A stretch of 64,000 nt of DNA from an uncultured virus (IMG/VR IMGVR_UViG_3300050514_000222) (Duplodnaviria; Heunggongvirae; Uroviricota; Caudoviricetes), in the IMG/VR virus record IMGVR_UViG_3300050514_000222, one strand, 5' to 3'. Shown piece by piece: positions 50,332-59,110 of the stretch (positions are counted from its first letter, which is position 1; each line of letters opens with the position of its first letter). The notes under the pieces were generated by a model. The model made no database searches and was not told the DNA's origin. It saw nothing but the letters and a program-made list of their open reading frames with translations. A program made the translations under genes and the position numbers.

Positions 50332-50775
50332 ATGGAACTGACCCTGTTCGACCTGGCGAGCCGCTACGTCGGGATCCACGAGATCGCCGGGAACGCGGAC
50401 CACCCGCTCATCCAGTGGTGGCTCTCCCTGTGCGGGTTCCCGACCACCGTGCACGACGAGGTGGCGTGGTGCTCGGCGTTCGTGAACGGGATGGCGTGGG
50501 AGCTGCGGCTCAAGCGGAGCAAGTCCGCGGCCGCGCGGTCGTGGCTCACGGTCGGGACGGCCGTGGCGCTCCGCGACGCGGTGGCCGGCTATGACGTGGT
50601 GGTGCTGAGACGCGGGACCGAGCCGCAGCCCGGACCGGACGTGCTGGCGGCTCCCGGTCACGTGGGGCTGTACGCGGGGCCGGGGAACATCCTCGGCGGC
50701 AACCAGGGCAACGGCGTGTGCGTCGAACCGTTCGACGAGTCGCGGCTGCTCGGCGTGAGGAGGTTGGTGGCATGA
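50332..50775 (+). CDS. Endolysin, TIGR02594-type NlpC/P60 (CHAP-like) peptidase
   Basis: DEVAWCSAFV, AARSW, GHVG, LGGNQ. Confidence 0.85.
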   Translation: MELTLFDLASRYVGIHEIAGNADHPLIQWWLSLCGFPTTVHDEVAWCSAFVNGMAWELRLKRSKSAAARSWLTVGTAVALRDAVAGYDVVVLRRGTEPQPGPDVLAAPGHVGLYAGPGNILGGNQGNGVCVEPFDESRLLGVRRLVA

Positions 50776-51140
50776 GGAGACGGGTCACACAGATCGTCCT
50801 GTCCGCGCTGCTCATGGTCTCGGCGGCCGTCGCCGCGGCCGGCGAGCTCGTCTGGACCAACCCTCCGGGCAGGGTGCTCGGGATCCACTTCCTGGTCACG
50901 GCCCAGGACGGCCCGGCGCCGCGTGCGTGGGACCTCTACTACCCGCTGTACTACGTGGACGCGAAGGGTGACACGACGTGGAGGTCGCATGGCGGGATGC
51001 CGGACTCGCTCGCGTTCACCGGCTCCTGCCGTTCGGCGCCGGTGACGTACGTCTTCGTGTGCTTCGCGTGGAACGAGGCCGGGGAGTGCAAGGACCCGTC
51101 GGACGGCGGGGTCCCGGTCAGCATGGTGGTACTACCCTGA
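50772..51140 (+). CDS. Secreted small beta-sandwich (FN3-like) protein
   Basis: Signal peptide; W...Y...YxFxxxAxNxAGE pattern. Confidence 0.5.
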   Translation: MRRRVTQIVLSALLMVSAAVAAAGELVWTNPPGRVLGIHFLVTAQDGPAPRAWDLYYPLYYVDAKGDTTWRSHGGMPDSLAFTGSCRSAPVTYVFVCFAWNEAGECKDPSDGGVPVSMVVLP

Positions 51141-51151
51141 AAGGAGCGGAC

Positions 51152-51811
51152 ATGTTCAAGAAGATCGAGGCGGTGCTCCGGACGTCGGAGTTCTGGATGT
51201 TCCTGGCGTCGGTGATCGTCCAGGCGATCGCGGCACCGGTGCCCGACGACGTGAAGGCCGCGGCCTGGGTCTACGTGGTCGCGCGTGTCGTCAGCAAGAT
51301 CGTGAAGTACAAGCCGGCGCCGGCCGCTACGGCGGCCGCGGTGACGGCTGCGGCGCTGCTCCTCCTGGCGCCGCACGCCTACGCGCAGACGAAACCGTCC
51401 ACGGCCGACCGGATGCACGTGACCGTGAACGGCGGCGCGATGGTCATCACGACCGAGCCGAACTGGTCCGGCGCGAGCCTCGGAGCGGGGATCGGCTACA
51501 ACCTGCATCCGGCGCTGACCGTCTTCGGAGGTTACGACCACGGCTTCCCGGTCAAACGGGACGAGTCTCACCTGAACCTCTACCGGGTGGTCGGCAACCT
51601 GCACGTACTGCCGGACGCGTTCGTCGGGTTCGGTTACGCATGGTTCGACCGGCACACGGACGGCGCGTTGGCACAGCTCGCGCTCACGCGGCAGGTGATG
51701 CGGAGGGTGGAGGTGGCCGGGATGTACGCGCACGTGATGTCTCGATCGGCGGCTCCGGACTTCGAGTACGTCCGGGTCTGCGTGAACTACCACCTCATCG
51801 GGAAGGAGTGA
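51152..51811 (+). CDS. Holin-like N-terminus, internal signal peptide and outer-membrane beta-barrel-like domain
   Basis: RTSEFW two-helix segment; LLLLAPHAYA-Q; alternating strands GAGIGYNL, VFGGYD, VGFGYAW, VRVCVNYHL. Confidence 0.55.
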   Translation: MFKKIEAVLRTSEFWMFLASVIVQAIAAPVPDDVKAAAWVYVVARVVSKIVKYKPAPAATAAAVTAAALLLLAPHAYAQTKPSTADRMHVTVNGGAMVITTEPNWSGASLGAGIGYNLHPALTVFGGYDHGFPVKRDESHLNLYRVVGNLHVLPDAFVGFGYAWFDRHTDGALAQLALTRQVMRRVEVAGMYAHVMSRSAAPDFEYVRVCVNYHLIGKE

Positions 51812-51814
51812 CCC

Positions 51815-52096
51815 GTGGCGTTCAACATCTTCACGTTCCTGTCGACCCTCCTGGGCGGCCTCGACGTGCCGGACCTGGAGACGAAGGTGGTCGCGTGGTT
51901 GGAGAACGAGGCGGCCAAGTTCCCGGACCTCACGGCCCGCATCAAGGCGCTCGAGGAGTGGATCACGGCGGAGCTCGAGGCGGTGATCCCCCAACTGGTG
52001 CTCTCGACGATGAAGAACACGATCTTCGGGATCGCCACGGACATCATCCACGGCACGGCGACGGTGGATCCGGGCGCCTGGAAGGGGATGGTCTGA
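51815..52096 (+). CDS. Small amphipathic protein, last gene of the late operon
   Basis: AAGGAG RBS; in operon. Confidence 0.55.
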   Translation: MAFNIFTFLSTLLGGLDVPDLETKVVAWLENEAAKFPDLTARIKALEEWITAELEAVIPQLVLSTMKNTIFGIATDIIHGTATVDPGAWKGMV

Positions 52097-52100
52097 CGGT

Positions 52101-52173
52101 GGAGGGCCGGGATCGCCGGCGCGGACGGGTCGCTTGCGGCCTCCCGACCCCGCGCCGGTCCCCGGTCCGTCTT
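52101..52173. terminator. GC-rich hairpin between convergent arms
   Basis: CCGGCGCGG/CCGCGCCGG and GGGTCG/CGACCC stems; no clear U-tract. Confidence 0.45.
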
Positions 52174-52386
52174 CAGGGGTTCATCCTGATGATGTTCAAC
52201 AGCAGCACTACGATCGCGGCTATCAGGAGCGCCGGCCACCAGGTCCGGAACGCACGACGCCACCACGGCTGCGCACAACGCTCGCATAGCATTCTGATCC
52301 CGTCCCAGTCGTAGTCGCCGACCCCATCGTAGCCGCACCGCTCGCAGGCTGACGGCATCAACTTCCCTTTCGTCACGGTTCCTCCC

Positions 52387-53700
52387 TCAGTCCTTGTACG
52401 GGTCGAACTCGTCCTCGCCGGCCATCGCCACGCCGATCGGGTGCAGCGTGTGCAGGACGCTCACGCTCCGTTCGTGGTGGCGCAGGACCTCCGGCAGCCG
52501 CTTGTAGCAGTGCGGCGACTCGTCGGTGCCGGCGCCGCGCAGCGTCACGCCCTTGGCGCCGATCCATTCGTGCATCATGGACCGCGAGATCCGTCCCTCA
52601 CGGATCCGTTCCGACACGAACCGCTTGTGGGTGGTCGCGCCGCATTTCGGACACTTCGGGTTGGATCCGTCCGCGGCGCGCTTGGCGTCGTTCGTGAGCC
52701 ACCCGTCGCAGTCGCGGTTCCCGCACGCCCACCCGGACCGGCGTTTCGTCTTTCCGGCGGCTTCGGTCCGCGACATCACGCGGCCGGCGCCGTGCACGGT
52801 GGAGTAGAGTGCGCGCTTCTGGTCCTCGTCCTCATCCAGCGTCGACGGGTAGACGCCCTCGAGGATCACCGAGTCGTCGCCCATGGATCCGCCCACGAAC
52901 CCGAGCTGGCCGGGGAACGCCGGCGTGGCGCCCTTCCGCACCACCCAGAGCTCCTCCCCGAAGTGCGTCTCCCGCCAGGCGTAGTTGTGGTGGTTGTGGA
53001 CCTCCTCGAGGACCGTGGCGCCCAGGATACGCGCCACCTCCGCGCAGACCCAGTCACGGCCGGCGTAGGCGTAGCGGCCGGCGAGCGTCATGGCCTCCAC
53101 GTAGTCGGCGCCGAGCGGGGTGCGGGCGCCGAGCACGAGCGGCGGCACGTGCATCCCGTCCGTCGCGCCGCCCATCTTGAGGAAATGCGTGGCCACCTTG
53201 TGGCCGAACCCACGGGATCCGAAGTGGACGCCGATCCAGACGCGGCCGAGCTCGTCCTCGAACAGGTCGACGTAGTGGTTGCCGGACCCCACCGTGCCGA
53301 GCTGCGCGCGCGCCATCTCCTTCAACGGGGCGAGCGGCCGCATGGACCATCGTTCGTCGTCGAACAGCTCGTGGTCCACCCGCGTCTCGTTCCGTTGGCC
53401 GATGCCGAAGGAGATGCGCGAGGAGATGTCGTCCATGATCGCCTCGATGTCGAGCCGTACGGACGCCGCGTCCGCGTCGACGAGTACGGCCTTGTTCCCG
53501 CACCCGATGTCGTAGCCGACGCCGGACGGACTGACCGCGTCACGGTACGCCACCACGCCTCCGATCGGCACAGCGTAGCCGAGGTGGTGGTCGGCCATGA
53601 GCGCGACACGGTCGGCCGTCTGCGCGCACGTGCGGATCTGTTGGAGGGCACCTTCGTCCACCGGTTCGCCCCAGACCGGGATGCCGTCGATCAGCTTCAC
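52387..53700 (-). CDS. rtcB: RtcB RNA ligase with Zn-ribbon insertion
   Basis: MADHHLGY, GYDIGCG, GTVGSGNHY, HFGSRG, HNHHN, RKGATP, HGAGR, DESPxxYK. Confidence 0.93.
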   Translation of the reverse strand: MKLIDGIPVWGEPVDEGALQQIRTCAQTADRVALMADHHLGYAVPIGGVVAYRDAVSPSGVGYDIGCGNKAVLVDADAASVRLDIEAIMDDISSRISFGIGQRNETRVDHELFDDERWSMRPLAPLKEMARAQLGTVGSGNHYVDLFEDELGRVWIGVHFGSRGFGHKVATHFLKMGGATDGMHVPPLVLGARTPLGADYVEAMTLAGRYAYAGRDWVCAEVARILGATVLEEVHNHHNYAWRETHFGEELWVVRKGATPAFPGQLGFVGGSMGDDSVILEGVYPSTLDEDEDQKRALYSTVHGAGRVMSRTEAAGKTKRRSGWACGNRDCDGWLTNDAKRAADGSNPKCPKCGATTHKRFVSERIREGRISRSMMHEWIGAKGVTLRGAGTDESPHCYKRLPEVLRHHERSVSVLHTLHPIGVAMAGEDEFDPYKD

Positions 53701-54136
53701 GAACCCCTCCTCGATTCCGAGTATCGTAAAAGGTCGATGCGGTTCGCCAACTCCACGCATTTATCGTGATGGATCCTGTCACTCTTATAGCCGGCATAGA
53801 TCATCAGGGCCTCACGGATCATACCGAACTGCTCGTCCGAGAACCTGTCGGACGGCCCCCACATCTCCTTCCCGCAACCCGAACAGAAGTAGAACTTCAG
53901 GGTCGGTTCCTTCCCGCGGACCACACCCTTCTCCATGATGCCTGACGCGAGTTCCTCCACGACGTCGGACGGCACGCCGCGACGCAGCAGCTCCAACGTG
54001 AACTGGAGGACCTGGTAGGACTTCAGTACCGATTCGTGGACCCCGTTGCACGACGGATCCAGCAGGTGGACGTTGTCCCGTCTCACCGTCGTCTCCCACG
54101 CGCGGAGCTCGTCGATCTTGGCGAGTATGCCGGCGC

Positions 54137-54424
54137 TCACCGTCCCTCCACCGTGAACGTGCCGGCGATGTGGTGCTGGACGCCGGCATCGTCCACCCAC
54201 CACGCCTCACCGCCGTTCGACTCCACCTTCGCGCGGGTCTCCCACTTCTCGATCACGCGTCCCTCGCACGTGTAGAGCGTGATCGTGGACCGCAGCATCA
54301 CGGTGCCGGCCTTGAATCCGACCCAGGTGTTGCGGACCACGCCGCATCCGGACAGCGTGACGCAGGCCGTCCAGAGCAGCACCAGGGCCAACACGGCGAG
54401 GATCATCCACTTCAGATAGCTCAC
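54137..54424 (-). CDS. Small lipoprotein
   Basis: Hydrophobic leader plus LSG-C lipobox. Confidence 0.55.
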   Translation of the reverse strand: MSYLKWMILAVLALVLLWTACVTLSGCGVVRNTWVGFKAGTVMLRSTITLYTCEGRVIEKWETRAKVESNGGEAWWVDDAGVQHHIAGTFTVEGR

Positions 54425-55101
54425 GTCAACACCTCCTTGGCGTACCAGTAGAGCCACAGTGCGTCGGCCTCGTCCTCGGACAGCGCGCAAAAATCGACAT
54501 CGGTCACACCGTCCGGTTTCTTCCCGATGACCTTTCCAACATATCCAGTCTCGCGATGGAGCCGGTTGAAGGCGGCCGCCACCATGGCCGGCTTGCCGCG
54601 GTCCACCGGGATCCGCTTCTCCTTCCTGGCGCGTCTATCACGCGTCTGCTTCGCCGTCTCCTTTGTCCGCGTGTCCGGGATGGCGAACGCCTTCAGCTTC
54701 TGGACGTGCACCGGCTGTAGCGGGATCCCGTGCAGCTCGCAGTGCTCCTCGAGCCGGCTGGTGAACGCTGCGGCGATCTCGGCGGCCGCGCGCGCCTTCG
54801 CCTGGAACTCCGACCGTTCGTACACGACCAGGTCCACCTTGACGAACGGGGACGGTGCGTTGAACGGGTGACTCACCGGTTCGTACGGCGGCTCGGCGAC
54901 GTGGGCCGGCTTCCGGTACGGCGACAGCCTCACGAAGTCCGGTAACGTGACCTTCTCGAGCCAATGTCCGAACCGGCGCCAGCGGTTGCCGCTCGTCTCC
55001 CCGCGTTTCAGGCTGAAGTTCTCGGCGCCCCACTCGAGCCGTCCCGAATGATCGGTCGCCCACCCGGTGTGTGAGCCGGGGTCGATGGTCAGGATCCTCA
55101 C
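54421..55101 (-). CDS. RuvC-like Holliday junction resolvase
   Basis: ILTIDPG..TGWA, VVYE, LKAFA, K..M, DEADAL. Confidence 0.75.
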   Translation of the reverse strand: MRILTIDPGSHTGWATDHSGRLEWGAENFSLKRGETSGNRWRRFGHWLEKVTLPDFVRLSPYRKPAHVAEPPYEPVSHPFNAPSPFVKVDLVVYERSEFQAKARAAAEIAAAFTSRLEEHCELHGIPLQPVHVQKLKAFAIPDTRTKETAKQTRDRRARKEKRIPVDRGKPAMVAAAFNRLHRETGYVGKVIGKKPDGVTDVDFCALSEDEADALWLYWYAKEVLT

Positions 55102-56452
55102 CGATTCTCCTTGAGGATCTGGACGGCTTGGTGGACGTCATGATTCGGTCCGGGACGGATGGGAGACGCCCACTTCTCCAGGAACGGCAACGCGCGCTCG
55201 ATGCGTCCGAGGAGATCGTCGCGTTCCTTCTCGGCACGCATCAACAGATTCGCGAAATGGTCACGCCCACGCCAGAGCTCGCCGATGCGCCTCTCGCAGA
55301 CCTTCAGTTCCTCGTGGTGGAGGCGAAGGGCGCGTTCGATGCGCAACCCGTGATGTCGCATTTTCGAAGATCCCCATCGCACGTCCCCAGGAGGAAGGTC
55401 TGTGCTTCCCCCAAAATGTCCTCCACGTCGCGCCATTTCCCGGCCTCTAGAGAATCGTCAGGACGCGGCGTGGTGAACCTCAACGTCTCGGGAACGGACG
55501 CACGTTCGTGCAACGCGATGCACGCCAGACCGTAGAGCGTCCCGATCTCTCCCTGACCGAGCGTACGTTTACCATCTCCGGCACGCATCAGTAGGTCGGC
55601 GAGCTGTTGCAGGGAGTCGGCCATCAGTCGCTGTTGTGGTCGACGATGGGACCGGTGGTCTGGCCCGACGCGTCAATCTGGTTCTGTAGGTAGGAGGCAT
55701 AGATCACCCCGCCGATCCAGATCGTGGCGCACGCCACCACGTACAGTATGAAGAACGCGGATCCGCGCTCTCCGCGCCTCCGCGCGTGTACCCGTTGCTC
55801 GTACTCCTCCACGAGCTCGTCGCCGGTCTTCAGCCGTTCCGTCTTCATGGTTCCGTTCCCTCCCGTTCACGCGCCAGCGCCAACTTCAACCCCTCGCATT
55901 CCTTCTCCAACACCGCGACCTGCACGGTCAGACGATTGCGCTCCTCACGGACCTCCGCGATGAACAATGCGATCGAATCGGTGAACTTGTACAGGTCCGC
56001 ATGATCGACCGTTTGGCTCACGCCGAGCCGGCGCCACTGTTCCGGTCGGCCGGTGATTATCGTCTTGACGTCGAAGCACTCATCCGTCACGCGGCCCACC
56101 ACGAACGGCCGTTCCGTCGCCATCCACAGGCCGCCGCTCATGTCGGCCCCATCACGATCTTGGCACCCAACACCCGGCAATATCCAGTGCAACCGAATGG
56201 GCAGGCGCACCGCAATCCGCCGATGTTCCGTTCTATCTGGTCCACGGTTGCCTGCGCCTCCTTCGCCTGCGCCCACCGCTCCATGTCCGCGCAGAACTGC
56301 CAGAGCTCCGCGGCGTCCACAGTGGAACCAGACCGGTAGGTGGCGTCCGAGGCGGCGTCCCGGATGTGGTGCCGGACGTCCTCCGGTTGGATCGCGTCGG
56401 CCGCCACGCGCTGGCGGATCCTCTCCATCAACTCCTTCGTCATGCGACCCTC

Positions 56453-56584
56453 CTAATAGTCCTCGTCTTCCTCCTCGTCTTCCTCCTCGTCATCTTCGTA
56501 AGAATCGTCCTCGTCGTCTTCGTCCTCGAGATCGTACTCCTCGTCCTCATCGTCGCCGTACGGACCGTCCTGCATGGTCGTCAT
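56453..56584 (-). CDS. 43-aa hyperacidic peptide (absent from the ORF track)
   Basis: GGAGGG RBS; ATG overlaps the RecD2 stop; 29 of 43 residues D/E, no K/R. Confidence 0.65.
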   Translation of the reverse strand: MTTMQDGPYGDDEDEEYDLEDEDDEDDSYEDDEEEDEEEDEDY

Positions 56585-58914
56585 CCCTCCTGTGGGTTCG
56601 GCGGCGCGGCTTGAGGATCTCCGACGGTGGACGTGTTGTGGTCCTCCCGTCCGTTCTCCGCCGGCTCGTTCCCGCCCCGCGCCGCGTCTTCCGTCGCCAC
56701 CATCTCCATGATCCGCCTGCCGAGCCGCGTGTGCCGGAGCCGCGGATGGTTCCGCGCCACCACACGCGCGACCTCCTCACGTTCCCCGACCAGGACCAGC
56801 ACCTTCCGCGCACGCGAGCAGGCGGTGTAGAGCCACTGCCGCTGCGCGACCATCACGCCGAACGTCCTCGCCACCGGCACCACCACGTACTTCGCCTCGC
56901 TGCCCTGGAACTTGTGGCAGGTCAGCGCATAGGCGAGCTCGAGGTTGTTCTGCCAGGGCACGGCCACGAGCCGCGCCGGCGTGTCGAACTCCACGTCCAG
57001 GTAGCCGTCCCGCGACCGCAACGCGCGCACGCGGCCGACCTCCCCGTTCATGACGTCCAGCGTGTAGTCGTTCCGCGTCTGGATCACCTTGTCACCCACG
57101 CGGAACCGGCCGGCCGGCGCGGAGAAGACCGGCTCCGGGTTCAGTACCGCACGGAGCTGCTCGTTCAGGGCGGCCGCGGAGAGTGCCGTGCGCTCCCGCA
57201 TCGGTACGATGACCTGGACGTCGGCGAACGGGTCGGCACCGAACCGTTGCGGCAACTCCACGGTCACCAATTGCACGATGGCCTCCCGGATCGACTCCGG
57301 CCCCTCCTCCCGGCGGACGAACACGAAGTCCTGCGACCAGTCCTCCGCAAGCTCGAGCGCGCGGCCGTCCTTGATGGCGTGGCAGTTCCGGATGATGAGC
57401 CCGGGATCCTGACGCTTGATCGTCTGGAGCTCGGTGTACGGGATCCGCTTGGACGCGATCAAGCTCCCGAGCACGTTCCCCGGGCCGACGGCCGGCAGCT
57501 GGTGCATGTCGCCGACCAGGACGAGCCGCGTCCCGGGCTTGACAGCCTCGAGGAACCGGGCCATGAGCGTGACGTCGACCATGCTGGTCTCGTCGATGAT
57601 GATCGTGTCCGCGTCGATCGGCCGGTCCGCCGTCCGCGTGAAGACGAACCCGCGCCCGGCCGGCACCCCCACCACCGGTCTCCCCTCCGCATCCGTGGCG
57701 CCGGCCGGGCGCGTCTCGAGCAGGCGGTGCATGGTGCTCGCCGGCAGGTCGAGCGGATCGGCGCCCTGCTGGAGCTGCTCCTCGATCCGTTTGGCCGCCT
57801 TCCCGGTGGGCGCGGCCAGGGCGACCCTCCCGTGAGCCCCACGGACGATCCGCTTGATGGTGTAGGTCTTCCCGGTACCCGGCGCCCCCGTCATCGCGAA
57901 CACGGGGTTCCGGGCCGCCTTCTCGATGGCGTCCCGTTGGTCTGCGGCCAGTCCGGTCGCGTCCTGCTCGCGCCACGGGACGGCCCCGAGCAGTAGCGCG
58001 ACCGCACGGGTGGCCACCGACACCTCGTCCTTGTGGAGGTTGGGCAGGTAGATGTGTCCGGCGTCCTTCACCAGCCGGCCGCCGGTGACCATCCACTCCA
58101 CCTCCGCCGCGATCCGCGCCGGCTGGACCTGGAGGAGCTCGGCCGTACGCTGGATCAGCAGCGGCTGCGGCAGGCAGACGTGACCGTCGCCGGCGGACTC
58201 CTCCAGGACGTACGTCAGCCCGGCGCGCAGCCGGTAGGGACCGTCACGTTCGTAGCCGACGTTCAGCGCGACCTTGTCCGCCTTGAGGAAGCCGATCCCG
58301 TCAATGGATTCGATGAGGCGGTACGGATCGGACTTGATCGTCGCGACGGCGTCCGCGCCGAGCGTGCGGATGATCCGCACCACGATCGTCTGGCCGAGCC
58401 CGGAACCGACCAGGAGCTTCCGCACCTCGAGCTCCAGCGCCTCGTCCGTCTCGATGCCGCGCAGCATGGCGGAGATCTCCGCGGCGCGCTCCGGCGTCAC
58501 GCCGGACACCTCCGCCGCGACGCGTGCCGGATCCTCCCGGCAGACGCGGACCGCGTCGGCGCCGAACCGGAGCACGATGGCCGCAGAGATCTTCGGACCC
58601 ACCCACTTCGCGTTCGCGTGCAGGTAGGCACGGAACGCCTCCATGTCCTCCGGGACCTTCGCGACGTGCTCGGCGAACAGGAACTGGTCACCCCACTTCG
58701 GGTTCCGGTCGACCCGGCCGGTGAAGGTGTACTCGGCGCCGATCCGCGGCTCGAGCATCGGCCCCTTCACGACGATCCCGCTGTCCAGCATCCCGATCAT
58801 GAAACCGTCCCGGTGGAACCGCACGGTGGACAGCCGCCCGGTGAGCTCGGTGGCCGTCGGATCGAGTAGGGACTTACGACGCGCTCCGGTGAATGGTCCG
58901 TTCGGTTCGTTCAC
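56581..58914 (-). CDS. recD2: RecD2-like SF1B DNA helicase
   Basis: HhH motifs, GIGFLKAD, GAPGTGKT, APTGKAA, IDETSM, VGDxxQL, AYALTxHKxQGSE, YTAxSRA. Confidence 0.92.
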   Translation of the reverse strand: MNEPNGPFTGARRKSLLDPTATELTGRLSTVRFHRDGFMIGMLDSGIVVKGPMLEPRIGAEYTFTGRVDRNPKWGDQFLFAEHVAKVPEDMEAFRAYLHANAKWVGPKISAAIVLRFGADAVRVCREDPARVAAEVSGVTPERAAEISAMLRGIETDEALELEVRKLLVGSGLGQTIVVRIIRTLGADAVATIKSDPYRLIESIDGIGFLKADKVALNVGYERDGPYRLRAGLTYVLEESAGDGHVCLPQPLLIQRTAELLQVQPARIAAEVEWMVTGGRLVKDAGHIYLPNLHKDEVSVATRAVALLLGAVPWREQDATGLAADQRDAIEKAARNPVFAMTGAPGTGKTYTIKRIVRGAHGRVALAAPTGKAAKRIEEQLQQGADPLDLPASTMHRLLETRPAGATDAEGRPVVGVPAGRGFVFTRTADRPIDADTIIIDETSMVDVTLMARFLEAVKPGTRLVLVGDMHQLPAVGPGNVLGSLIASKRIPYTELQTIKRQDPGLIIRNCHAIKDGRALELAEDWSQDFVFVRREEGPESIREAIVQLVTVELPQRFGADPFADVQVIVPMRERTALSAAALNEQLRAVLNPEPVFSAPAGRFRVGDKVIQTRNDYTLDVMNGEVGRVRALRSRDGYLDVEFDTPARLVAVPWQNNLELAYALTCHKFQGSEAKYVVVPVARTFGVMVAQRQWLYTACSRARKVLVLVGEREEVARVVARNHPRLRHTRLGRRIMEMVATEDAARGGNEPAENGREDHNTSTVGDPQAAPPNPQEG

Positions 58915-59110
58915 GGTTCACCAACCGTAAGGCGTACGCGTCTTGTCGTGTTCGGACGCATGGGTTTGAGACCGGCGCGTAGCATCCGTTCGTACCTGAC
59001 GCTTGCCGAAAATGGGTCGCACTCGTCAGGCGGCAACTTGAAACAGACGGTCACGTCGGCCATGTCCGCATCCTCGCGTTTCACCCACACGATAATTCCT
59101 TTGTTTCCGG

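Noticed and set aside
6201..50352. Similar starts MELTIFD (6201) and MELTLFD (50332)
   Set aside because: Similarity limited to 7 codons with no extension; probably chance.
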